DNA from: Candidatus Geohabitans tengchongensis | Lineage (GTDB): Bacteria; Sysuimicrobiota; Sysuimicrobiia; Sysuimicrobiales; Humicultoraceae | Reading direction: 5' to 3' | Assembly (NCBI GenBank): GCA_031459625.1 | Contig: JAVKIH010000005.1 | Coordinates: 1 to 64,000 of the forward strand | Length of the DNA stretch: 64,000 nucleotides | Part shown: positions 55,539 through 64,000 of the stretch, in pieces | Position numbering within the stretch: position 1 is the first letter of the stretch | Layout: each line of letters begins with the position of its first letter | Program-made: the position numbers and the translations under genes | The notes under the pieces: generated by a model | Told to the model about the DNA's origin: nothing | What the model saw: only the letters and a program-made list of their open reading frames with translations | The model's database searches: none

Positions 55539-56018
55539 ATGTGGCCGGTCATCGCCATGATCGTCCTGGGGCTCGTCGCGGCCGCATCGGGGCCGCCGCC
55601 GGAGCGGCCGTCGGTGCAGCGCACCGTGGGACCGCTCGTGCTGGAGCTGACGCTCGACAAAACCACCTACCTGGCGGGGGAGCCGGTCGAGGCGCGCGTC
55701 GTCCTGCGGAACGCGGGGGCGACGCCGGTGACCGTGCACTTCCCCTCGGGACAGCGCTTCGACCTGGTGGTGCGCCGCCGGGGAGCGCTGGTCTGGCGGT
55801 GGTCGCACGACAAGGCCTTCATCCAGGTGGTGCAGGACGTCACCCTAGACGCGGGGCGGGCGCTCGCCTTCAGCGCCTCCTGGCCCCAGGTCGACCTGCA
55901 GGGGCGGCGGGTGGAGCCCGGGACCTATGAGGCGGTGGGCGTCCTGACCGGGCGGCTGCCCGACGGTCCGGGGCGCGAGGTGGAGACCCCGGCCCTCACC
56001 TTCCAGATCCGCGGCTGA
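55539..56018 (+). CDS. Exported BsuPI-like (proteinase inhibitor) domain protein
   Basis: Signal peptide; FPSGQRFD.VV....VWRWS..KAF.Q pattern. Confidence 0.7.
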   Translation: MWPVIAMIVLGLVAAASGPPPERPSVQRTVGPLVLELTLDKTTYLAGEPVEARVVLRNAGATPVTVHFPSGQRFDLVVRRRGALVWRWSHDKAFIQVVQDVTLDAGRALAFSASWPQVDLQGRRVEPGTYEAVGVLTGRLPDGPGREVETPALTFQIRG

Positions 56019-56076
56019 GCGGGTCCCCGTCCGCTGCATCTCCCCGGGCGATCCCCTATAATGGGATGGAGCGCGT

Positions 56077-56153
56077 GGCGGCGTAGCTCAGGTGGTCAGA
56101 GCACGCGGCTCATACCCGCGGTGTCGGGAGTTCGAGTCTCCCCGCCGCCACCA
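56077..56153 (+). tRNA. tRNA-Met(CAT), elongator-type
   Basis: Cloverleaf GGCGGCG/CGCCGCC, anticodon CAT at 56111-56113, GTTCGA T-loop, encoded CCA; TATAAT upstream at 56057. Confidence 0.93.
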
Positions 56154-56237
56154 CCGGCCCCGACGGCCGTTTTTCCTTTTATGGCCCGTGCGACGCCGAT
56201 CACCGAGGGTCGGTGGCGGCGCGGGCAGGGCGGGGCG

Positions 56238-57278
56238 ATGACCGGGCGAGGGCTGTCCCGCATCGTGGAGCGCATTCGAGCCGCCCACCTCTTCGCGGCG
56301 GGCGACGCCGTGCTGGTGGGCGTCTCCGGCGGGGGAGACTCGGTGGCCCTGCTGGTGGCCCTGCGCGCGCTGGCACCGGCGATGGGCCTGCGCCTGATTG
56401 TGGGGCACGTCGACCACGGGCTGCGGCCGGAGGCAGCCGACGACGCCCGCTTCGTGCGCGACCTGAGCGCGCAGTGGGGGCTGCCCTGCGTCGAGGAGCG
56501 CGTGACGGTGGTTGCGGGCGCGGGCCGGTCACCCGAGGCGGCGGCGCGGGCCGCCCGCTACGCCGCCCTCGAGCGGCTGGCCCTGGCCCAGGGATGTGGG
56601 AAGGTGGCGGTGGGCCACACCGCCGACGACCAGGCCGAGACGCTCCTCCTGCGGCTGCTGGGCGGCGGTCGGCTGGCCGGGATGCGGGCGACCCGGCCGC
56701 TCGGCCGGGTGGAGCTGGTGCGGCCGCTGCTCGGGGTGTGGCGCCGGGAGGCGCGCGACGTGCTCCGCGAGCAGGGCGTGGGGTGGCGCGAGGACCCCAC
56801 CAACGTCGACCGGCGCTTTCTGCGCAACCGCATCCGTCATGACTTGCTGCCCCTGCTGGAGGGGCATATCCCGGGCGTCCGCTGGCGGCTGCGCGACGCG
56901 GCGGAGTGGCTGGCGGAGGAGGACGCCCTGCTGGACCGGCTGGCGCGGGAGGCGGAGGCGCGCGTCCTGCGCCTGGGAGCGGGCGTGGTGGCGCTGCGCC
57001 GTGCCGCCCTGCAGGCGGAGCCGCCCGCCCTGCAGCGGCGCCTGGTGCGCCGGGCGGTGCGCCGGGCGGGCGGGAACACCCGCCGGCTGCGCGGCGTTCA
57101 CATCAGCGGGGTCCTGCGTCTGGCGCAGGAGGGACGGGAGGGCCGGCAGGTGAACCTCCCCGGTGTGGTGGCCGCCGTGGTGGGTGGCGAGATCCACCTG
57201 CGCCGTCCGGAGCCGCCGGAGGGCGGCACCACGGTCGCGGCGGGGCAGGGCGTCGCCGTGGGGGACCGCGACGGGTAA
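56238..57278 (+). CDS. tilS: tRNA(Ile)-lysidine synthetase (short form)
   Basis: SGGGDS, HVDHGLR, AARAARY, GHTADDQAET, RPLL, RNRIRH. Confidence 0.93.
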   Translation: MTGRGLSRIVERIRAAHLFAAGDAVLVGVSGGGDSVALLVALRALAPAMGLRLIVGHVDHGLRPEAADDARFVRDLSAQWGLPCVEERVTVVAGAGRSPEAAARAARYAALERLALAQGCGKVAVGHTADDQAETLLLRLLGGGRLAGMRATRPLGRVELVRPLLGVWRREARDVLREQGVGWREDPTNVDRRFLRNRIRHDLLPLLEGHIPGVRWRLRDAAEWLAEEDALLDRLAREAEARVLRLGAGVVALRRAALQAEPPALQRRLVRRAVRRAGGNTRRLRGVHISGVLRLAQEGREGRQVNLPGVVAAVVGGEIHLRRPEPPEGGTTVAAGQGVAVGDRDG

Positions 57279-57317
57279 GAGGAGAGGGGATCGGCCCTCG
57301 TCCGCTGGAGGAGCAGG

Positions 57318-59228
57318 GTGCTGAACCGCTATCTCCGCAACATGATCGTCTGGGCCGTGATCATCGCGGTCGTCGTCTACTTCTTCCTGCCCCTCTACCG
57401 CCAGCGCACGCCCCGGCAGGAGCTCCCCTACAGCGTCTTCCTCACGCGCGTCGAGCAGGGGCAGATCCAGGAAGTGACCATCAGCGATGAGCGCATCACC
57501 GGGCGGCTGCGCGACGGCGAGGAGTTCATCACCTACGGCCCCGTGGGCGAGGAGACGCTGGCCAAGCTCAGCGCCAAGCACGTGGCCATCAAGTACGAGC
57601 CGAAGTCGCGCTCCGTCTTCTGGCCGAACATCCTCTCCACGCTGCTGCCCATCTTCCTCCTGGTGGGGCTGTGGATGCTCATGCTCCGCCAGGCCCAGAG
57701 CGGCAGCAACCAGGCCATGTCCTTCGGGAAGAGCCGGGCCCGGCTCCACACCGACAACAAGCCGCGGGTGACCTTCGAGGACGTGGCCGGGGTGGACGAG
57801 GCCAAGGAGGAGCTCCAGGAGATCATCGAGTTCCTCAAGCACCCCAAGAAGTTCCAGGCCCTGGGCGCGAAGATCCCGCGCGGCGTCCTGCTCATCGGCC
57901 CGCCGGGCAGCGGCAAGACGCTGCTGGCCAAGGCGGTGGCCGGGGAGGCGGGGGTGCCGTTCTTCTCCATCTCGGGCTCGGAGTTCGTGGAGATGTTCGT
58001 GGGGGTGGGGGCCAGTCGTGTGCGGGACCTCTTCGACCAGGCGAAGAAGTCGGCCCCGTGCCTGGTCTTCATCGACGAGATCGACGCCGTCGGCCGACAG
58101 CGCGGCGCGGGACTGGGCGGCGGGCACGACGAGCGCGAGCAGACCCTCAACCAGCTGCTGGTGGAGATGGACGGCTTCGACCCCAACGCCGGCATCATCG
58201 TCATCGCCGCCACCAACCGCCCCGACATCCTCGACCCGGCCCTGCTGCGCCCCGGCCGCTTTGACCGCCGCGTGGTGGTGGACAACCCCGACACCAAGGG
58301 GCGGCGGGCCATCCTGGAGGTGCACGCCCGCGGCAAGCCCATCGCCGAGGACGTCAACCTGGACCTGCTGGCCAAGCGCACGCCCGGCTTCAGCGGAGCC
58401 GACCTGGCCAACATGATGAACGAGGCGGCGCTCCTGGCGGCGCGGCGCAACAAGAAGCGGATCACCATGGCCGAGATGGAGGAGGCCATCGAGCGGGTCA
58501 TCGCCGGCCCGCAGCGGAAGAGCCGCATCCTCAGCCCCAAGGAGCGGGAGATCGCCGCCTACCACGAGGGCGGGCACGCCCTGCTGGCCAAGCTGCTGCC
58601 GTCCGCGGACCCGCCGCACAAGGTGACGATCCTCCCCCGCGGGATGGCGCTCGGCTACGTCATCTCAGCCCCGCCCGAGGACAAGTACAACTACACCCGC
58701 GGCGAGATCCTGGACCGCATCACCGTGGCCCTGGGCGGGCGGGTGGCCGAGGAGCTGGTCTTCGGCGAGGTCACTACCGGGGCGCAGAACGACTTCGAGC
58801 AGGCCACCGAGCTGGCCCGCAAGATGGTCACCGAGTTCGGGATGAGCGAGAAGCTGGGGCCGCTGTCGCTGGGCAAGCGCCACGGACCGGTCTTCCTCGG
58901 GCGGGACCTGGTGGAGAGCCGCAACTACTCCGAGGAGATCGCCTACGAGATCGACAAGGAGATCCGCCGCATCATCGACGAGTGCTACGAGCGGGCGCGG
59001 GCGACCCTGATGGAGCACCGCGACCAGCTCGAGCGGCTCGCCCGGACCCTGCTGGAGCGGGAGAGCCTGGAAGCCGAGGAGCTGGAGCGGGTGCTGGCGG
59101 GCCTGCCCCTGGAGCCGCCCGGGCCCGCGCCGGCCCCGCCGGCCCCCGCCGCGGAGGCGCCCGCGGAGGCCAAGGCGCGGCCCGAGCCGGGGCTGCCGCG
59201 CCTGCGGCCCAAGCCCGAGACCTCGTAG
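57318..59228 (+). CDS. ftsH: ATP-dependent zinc metalloprotease FtsH
   Basis: Two TMs, [27 protein letters not shown]. Confidence 0.98.
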   Translation: MLNRYLRNMIVWAVIIAVVVYFFLPLYRQRTPRQELPYSVFLTRVEQGQIQEVTISDERITGRLRDGEEFITYGPVGEETLAKLSAKHVAIKYEPKSRSVFWPNILSTLLPIFLLVGLWMLMLRQAQSGSNQAMSFGKSRARLHTDNKPRVTFEDVAGVDEAKEELQEIIEFLKHPKKFQALGAKIPRGVLLIGPPGSGKTLLAKAVAGEAGVPFFSISGSEFVEMFVGVGASRVRDLFDQAKKSAPCLVFIDEIDAVGRQRGAGLGGGHDEREQTLNQLLVEMDGFDPNAGIIVIAATNRPDILDPALLRPGRFDRRVVVDNPDTKGRRAILEVHARGKPIAEDVNLDLLAKRTPGFSGADLANMMNEAALLAARRNKKRITMAEMEEAIERVIAGPQRKSRILSPKEREIAAYHEGGHALLAKLLPSADPPHKVTILPRGMALGYVISAPPEDKYNYTRGEILDRITVALGGRVAEELVFGEVTTGAQNDFEQATELARKMVTEFGMSEKLGPLSLGKRHGPVFLGRDLVESRNYSEEIAYEIDKEIRRIIDECYERARATLMEHRDQLERLARTLLERESLEAEELERVLAGLPLEPPGPAPAPPAPAAEAPAEAKARPEPGLPRLRPKPETS

Positions 59229-59233
59229 CCGCC

Positions 59234-59935
59234 ATGGCCGCGCCGGAAGCCCGCGCGGGGTCCGTCACGCTGGAGGCGCCCGGGCAGGCGCCGGGGGTCG
59301 CGGTGGCGGAGCCCGCCCCGGCGACGGTGGAGGTTCCCGCCTACCAGCTGGAGCCGGAGGTCCGGGTCGACCCCGCGCGCACGGCCCTCATCGTCGTCGA
59401 CATGCAGAACGACTTCGTGAAGCCGGGCGGCGCCCTGGTCGTGCCAACGGCGGAGGCGACCATCCCGGCCATCCAGCGGCTCCTCGGCTTCGCCCGGGAG
59501 CACAGGATGCGCGTCTTCTTCACCCAGGACACCCACCGAGAGGGGGACCCCGAGTTCCCCATCTGGGGGCGGCACGTCCTCCACGGCACCTGGGGGTGGC
59601 AGATCGTGGACGAGCTCCGCCCCCGGCCCGAGGAGCGCGTCATCGAGAAGCTGCGCTATGACGGCTTCTTCGGCACGCCGCTCGACCACGAGCTGCGCCT
59701 GGCCGGCCAGGAGGCGGTGATCGTCTGCGGCACGGTGGCCAACATCTGCGTCCTGCACACCGCCGGGAGCGCCGCCCTGCACGGCTACCGCGTCATCCTG
59801 CCGGTGGACGCCATCTCGGCGCTGGTGCCGTTCGACCTGCACGCCGCTATCCGCCAGGTCGCCTTCCTGTACCGCGGCACCATCACGACGAGCGAGGCCA
59901 TCCGCGCCGCCCCGGACGCGCGCCGCGCCGGGTGA
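59234..59935 (+). CDS. Isochorismatase-family cysteine hydrolase
   Basis: VVDMQNDF, EKLRYDGF, GTVANICV. Confidence 0.9.
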   Translation: MAAPEARAGSVTLEAPGQAPGVAVAEPAPATVEVPAYQLEPEVRVDPARTALIVVDMQNDFVKPGGALVVPTAEATIPAIQRLLGFAREHRMRVFFTQDTHREGDPEFPIWGRHVLHGTWGWQIVDELRPRPEERVIEKLRYDGFFGTPLDHELRLAGQEAVIVCGTVANICVLHTAGSAALHGYRVILPVDAISALVPFDLHAAIRQVAFLYRGTITTSEAIRAAPDARRAG

Positions 59936-60001
59936 CGGGCGGCGCGCGACGACCCCGGGCATCGCCGCGCCGGCACGATGCGGCCGAGGGGAGGTGGAGC
60001 A

Positions 60002-60490
60002 GTGGTCCGTGACCGCGCCGGGCGACTGCAGCGCAGGACGGGCTTGAGCCTGGGGCCCATCGTGGCCTTCCTGGCGGTGGCGCTCGTCGCCGGGGCGGGG
60101 CTCTTCACCTGGGACTACCTGTGGCGCCAGCAGCAGGAGGCCGCCCGCCGCCCCGCCCCGCCCGAGGTCATCGCCCGCAACCTGGTGGAGAACATCATCG
60201 GCCGCAACACCGTCAAGGCCTCCCAGGTGGACGCCGCCACCGGCGTGGCCGCGGTGACCTTCGAGTCGGCCACCTTCAAGCCCGAGCCGGCGCAGTCGAA
60301 GCAGAACTCCCGCGAGTTCCTCACCGCCGAGGCCGAACTGGCCAGCCAGGCGATCCTGGCGCAGCTGGAGCAGGTGCGCCGCGTGAACCTCACCATCGTC
60401 GACCCCAAGAGCGGCGCCACTCTGGCCACGGCCACGGCCGTACGTGACCGTCCGGTCCAGATGACCTACGTCGACCCGCGCCTCCGCTAG
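60002..60490 (+). CDS. Hypothetical protein with N-terminal membrane anchor
   Basis: GGAGG RBS, single TM, host-like codon pattern. Confidence 0.65.
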   Translation: MVRDRAGRLQRRTGLSLGPIVAFLAVALVAGAGLFTWDYLWRQQQEAARRPAPPEVIARNLVENIIGRNTVKASQVDAATGVAAVTFESATFKPEPAQSKQNSREFLTAEAELASQAILAQLEQVRRVNLTIVDPKSGATLATATAVRDRPVQMTYVDPRLR

Positions 60491-60500
60491 CCGCCCGGGC

Positions 60501-62042
60501 ATGGCCGAGGAGCCCGGCGTGGCCGTGGGAGCGGTCCTCACCCCGGAGGACGTGGGACGCGTCGCCTACGGCCGGGTACCGGTGCGCCTGGCCCCGGGCG
60601 CGCGCGAACGGGTACGGCGGGCCCGGGCGCTGGTCGAGGACCTGGTGGCCGGGGGCGCCGCCGTCTACGGCATCACCACCGGTGTGGGGGCGCTCGCCGG
60701 ACGGCGTATCTCGCCCGAGCAGAGTGCCGCCCTCCAGGCCAACATCGTGCGCAGCCACGCCGCCGGGGTGGGCCCACCGCTGGCGCCGCCCGAGGTGCGG
60801 GCGATGCTCCTGCTGCGGGCCCACACGCTGGCCCTGGGCCACTCCGGCATCCGCCCCGAGACGCTCGACCTGATGGTGGCCATGCTCAACCACGACCTCC
60901 TGCCGGTGATCCCCTCCCAGGGGTCGGTGGGGGCGAGCGGCGACCTGGCCCCGCTGGCCCACCTGGCCCTGGCGCTCATGGGGGAAGGGTGGGTGGTGCA
61001 GGAGGGCCACCGGCGCCCCGCGGCGGAGGCGCTGCGCGCCGCCGGGCTGACGCCGCGGCGGCTCGACGCCAAGGAGGGCGTGGCCCTCATCAACGGGACC
61101 CAGATGATGACGGCCGTCGGGACGCTGGCCCTGCTGGCCGCCGAGCGGTTGGCCCGCACGGCGGACGTCGTGGGGGCGATGACGGCGGAAGCCCTGCTGG
61201 CCCTGCCGGCGCCCTTCGACGCCGACCTCCACCGCCTGCGCCCGCAACCCGGGCAGGTGCGCAGCGCGGCCAACCTGCGCCGGCTCCTGGCCGGCAGCCG
61301 GCTGGCGCGCCCCGCCGAGCGCATCCAGGACGCCTATGCCCTGCGCTGCATGCCCCAGGTCCACGGCGCCGCCCGCGACGGCATCGCCTTCGCCCGCACG
61401 GCGCTGGAGGTGGAGATCAACGCCGTCACCGACAACCCGGTCCTCCTGCCCGACAGCGGCCGCGTGGTCTCGGGCGGCAACTTCCATGGGCAGCCGGTGG
61501 CCCTGGCCCTGGACGTGCTGGCCGTGGCGGCGGCCGCTCTGGGGACCATCAGCGAGCGGCGCGTGGAGCGGCTGGTCAACCCGCACCTGAGCGGGCTGCC
61601 GCCCTTCCTCGCCCCGGCTGGCGGATTGCACTCGGGGCTGATGCTGGCCCAGTACACCGCCGCGGCGCTCGTGGCCGAGAACAAGGTGCTCGCCCACCCC
61701 GCCAGCGTCGACACCATCCCCACCTCGGCGAACCAGGAGGACCACGTCAGCATGGGGGCCATCGCCGCCCGCAAAGCGGCGCAGGTGGTGGAGCACGTGG
61801 GCCGGGTGCTGGCCATCGAGGCGGTGTGCGCCGCGCAGGCGCTGGAGCTGCGCCTGGCCGGGGAGGCGGGGCCTGACGCGGCCGCGCCGGCGGTGCGGGC
61901 GGCCTGGCAGCGGCTGCGCGCGGCCGTCCCCCCCTTGCGGGAGGACCGCGTCCTGGCCGAGGACCTGGAGGCCGCCTACGCCCTGGTGCGCGAGGGGGCG
62001 CTCGTGGCCGCCGCCGAGGGCGTCGTGGGCGAGCTGCCGTGA
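60501..62042 (+). CDS. hutH: Histidine ammonia-lyase
   Basis: [19 protein letters not shown] (MIO), [23 protein letters not shown]. Confidence 0.96.
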   Translation: MAEEPGVAVGAVLTPEDVGRVAYGRVPVRLAPGARERVRRARALVEDLVAGGAAVYGITTGVGALAGRRISPEQSAALQANIVRSHAAGVGPPLAPPEVRAMLLLRAHTLALGHSGIRPETLDLMVAMLNHDLLPVIPSQGSVGASGDLAPLAHLALALMGEGWVVQEGHRRPAAEALRAAGLTPRRLDAKEGVALINGTQMMTAVGTLALLAAERLARTADVVGAMTAEALLALPAPFDADLHRLRPQPGQVRSAANLRRLLAGSRLARPAERIQDAYALRCMPQVHGAARDGIAFARTALEVEINAVTDNPVLLPDSGRVVSGGNFHGQPVALALDVLAVAAAALGTISERRVERLVNPHLSGLPPFLAPAGGLHSGLMLAQYTAAALVAENKVLAHPASVDTIPTSANQEDHVSMGAIAARKAAQVVEHVGRVLAIEAVCAAQALELRLAGEAGPDAAAPAVRAAWQRLRAAVPPLREDRVLAEDLEAAYALVREGALVAAAEGVVGELP

Positions 62043-62100
62043 GGCGCGGGATGCTGGCGCGTCCTGGGCGAGTTGGTGTGAGGCGCGGGATGCTGGCGCG
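62026..62100 (+). repeat. Tandem duplication, 39-nt period
   Basis: TGGGCGAG(C/T)TG(CC/GT)GTGAGGCGCGGGATGCTGGCGCG at 62026 and 62065. Confidence 0.85.
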
Positions 62101-62117
62101 CCGGGAGGGGACGGACC

Positions 62118-63776
62118 ATGGCTGAGCCGCGTGTCGTGCGGGCGCCGCGGGGGCCGGTGCGCTCCTGTCGCGGGTGGGGGCAGGAGGCGGCGCTGCGCCT
62201 CCTCATGAACACCCTCGACCCCGAGGTGGCCGAGCGCCCCGCCGACCTGATCGTCTACGGCGGGACGGGCAAGGCGGCGCGGAGCTGGGAGGCCTTCGAC
62301 GCCCTGGTCCGCACCCTGCGCGGGCTGGCCGACGACGAGACCCTGCTCGTCCAGTCGGGCAAGCCGGTGGCGGTCTTCCGCACCCACGAGTGGGCGCCCC
62401 GGGTGCTGATCGTGAACGCCATGCTCGTCCCGGCCTGGGCCACCTGGGAGGAGTTCTGGCGCCTCGAGGCCATGGGGTTGACCATGTACGGCCAGATGAC
62501 CGCGGGGTCGTGGATCTACATCGGCACCCAGGGGATCCTGCAGGGCACCTACGAGACGTTTGCCGCGGTGGCCCGGCGCCACTTCGGCGGGACGCTGCGC
62601 GGCCGCGCGGTGCTCACGGCGGGGCTGGGCGGGATGGGCGGGGCCCAGCCGCTGGCCATCACGATGAACGAGGGGGTGGCCCTGGTCGTGGAGGTGGACC
62701 CGGCGCGCATCCACCGCCGCCGCCAGGCCGGGTGGGTGGACCGGGCCACGGACGACCTGGACGAGGCGCTGCGGTGGGTGGAAGAGGCGCGACGGACCGG
62801 CCACCCGCTCTCGGTGGCCCTGCTGGGCAATGCCGCCGACGTGCACCCCGAGCTGCTGCGGCGCGACGCCGCCTTCGACGTCGTCACCGACCAGACCTCA
62901 GCCCACGACCCGCTCGGCGGCTACATCCCCTCAGGGGTGACGGCGGAGGAGGCGGCGGTGCTGCGCCGGCAGGACCCGGAGCGCTACGTGCGCATGGCGC
63001 GGGAGTCGATCGTCCGCCACTGCGAGGCCATGGTCACCTGGCAGCGGCGCGGGGCGGTGGTCTTCGACTACGGCAACAACCTGCGCGGGCAGGCGCGCGA
63101 GGCCGGCTACGGGGAGGCCTTCGCCTACCCGGGGTTCGTGCAGGCCTACATCCGCCCGCTGTTCGCCCGGGGGCGCGGGCCCTTCCGCTGGGTGGCCCTC
63201 TCCGGCAACCCGCAGGACATCGCCGTCACCGACGCGGCGGTGCTGCGCCTCTTCCCCGAGGACGAGGCGCTGGCCCGCTGGCTGCGCCTGGCCCGGGAGC
63301 GCGTCCCCTTCCAGGGGCTGCCGGCGCGCATCTGCTGGCTCGGCTACGGGGAGCGGGCCCAGGCCGGGCTGGCCTTCAACGAGCTGGTGCGGACCGGCCG
63401 GGTGGAGGCGCCCATCGCCATCGGGCGGGACCACCTGGACGCCGGGTCGGTGGCCTCGCCCACCCGCGAGACCGAGGGGATGCGGGACGGCTCCGACGCC
63501 ATCGCCGACTGGCCCATCCTCAACGCGCTGCTGAACGCCTGCGCCGGCGCCACCTGGGTGGCGGTGCACCACGGCGGCGGGGTGGGCATCGGGTACTCCA
63601 TCCACGCCGGGCAGGTGGTGGTGGCCGACGGAACGGCGCTGGGGGCGCAGAAGCTGGAACGGGTCCTCACCACCGACCCCGGTAGCGGCGTGGTCCGCCA
63701 CGCCGACGCGGGCTACCCCGAGGCGGTGGACGCGGCCAGGCGCGGCGGCATCGTCATGCCCATGCTGGCGGGCTGA
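62118..63776 (+). CDS. hutU: Urocanate hydratase
   Basis: [43 protein letters not shown]. Confidence 0.97.
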   Translation: MAEPRVVRAPRGPVRSCRGWGQEAALRLLMNTLDPEVAERPADLIVYGGTGKAARSWEAFDALVRTLRGLADDETLLVQSGKPVAVFRTHEWAPRVLIVNAMLVPAWATWEEFWRLEAMGLTMYGQMTAGSWIYIGTQGILQGTYETFAAVARRHFGGTLRGRAVLTAGLGGMGGAQPLAITMNEGVALVVEVDPARIHRRRQAGWVDRATDDLDEALRWVEEARRTGHPLSVALLGNAADVHPELLRRDAAFDVVTDQTSAHDPLGGYIPSGVTAEEAAVLRRQDPERYVRMARESIVRHCEAMVTWQRRGAVVFDYGNNLRGQAREAGYGEAFAYPGFVQAYIRPLFARGRGPFRWVALSGNPQDIAVTDAAVLRLFPEDEALARWLRLARERVPFQGLPARICWLGYGERAQAGLAFNELVRTGRVEAPIAIGRDHLDAGSVASPTRETEGMRDGSDAIADWPILNALLNACAGATWVAVHHGGGVGIGYSIHAGQVVVADGTALGAQKLERVLTTDPGSGVVRHADAGYPEAVDAARRGGIVMPMLAG

Positions 63777-63908
63777 CCGGTCCCGTCGGGCCGGCCGGGG
63801 CGCGCGCCGCCTCGGCTCTGGCGCCTGCCCCGTGCGCCTCTTTACGCCGATTCCCCGGGATGCCATGCTAGGAGGCGGTTTTCACCCCCAGTTCGAGGCA
63901 CAGGACCG

Positions 63909-64000
63909 GTGTACGCCCTCAACTTCTACTCGTCGGTGTTCGGCGAGATGCTGCGCCAGGGGCGCAAGACGGCCACCATCCGCCTGGGCGACAAGCGCGA
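63909..64000 (+). CDS. ASCH/PUA-like domain protein (3' truncated by window edge)
   Basis: MYALNFYS...LRQGRKTATIRLGDK, matching the GxKxxTxR ASCH motif. Confidence 0.7.
   Translation, partial: MYALNFYSSVFGEMLRQGRKTATIRLGDKR

Noticed and set aside
56077..56240. tRNA as integration site of a mobile element
   Set aside because: No integrase nearby and no duplicated tRNA 3' end in the window.

Overview
Very GC-rich bacterial chromosome segment with Terrabacteria-like gene order; the lineage cannot be determined without a 16S search. Most of the window is core housekeeping: cdaA-cdaR-glmM-tagA-[glmS ribozyme]-glmS-trm112-acpS, a 6S-like ncRNA on the minus strand, nnr-alr-pheA, an ATP-dependent DNA ligase, tsaE-tsaB-rimI-tsaD, CIRCE-groES-groEL, a large de novo purine operon (purD-purE fusion, purA, B, C, S, Q, L, F, M, N, H), a peptide ABC transporter, pilT, rpoZ, tRNA-Met, tilS, ftsH, hutH and hutU. 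The unusual part is the rRNA locus at about 36-48.4 kb. (i) 16S and 23S-5S are separate transcription units about 5.7 kb apart. (ii) The gap holds a decayed integron (intI C-terminal pseudogene, attC-like sites, low-GC cassettes) and two unknown genes. (iii) The 23S promoter is followed by a strong Shine-Dalgarno sequence, a 5-codon mini-ORF, alternative hairpins and an intrinsic terminator, all upstream of boxA; this is a candidate ribosome-sensing attenuator of 23S-5S transcription. (iv) The 23S carries two group I introns, after E. coli positions U1951 and U2604, each with a LAGLIDADG gene (one frameshifted, one intact). All calls are by eye; no database search or folding program was run.
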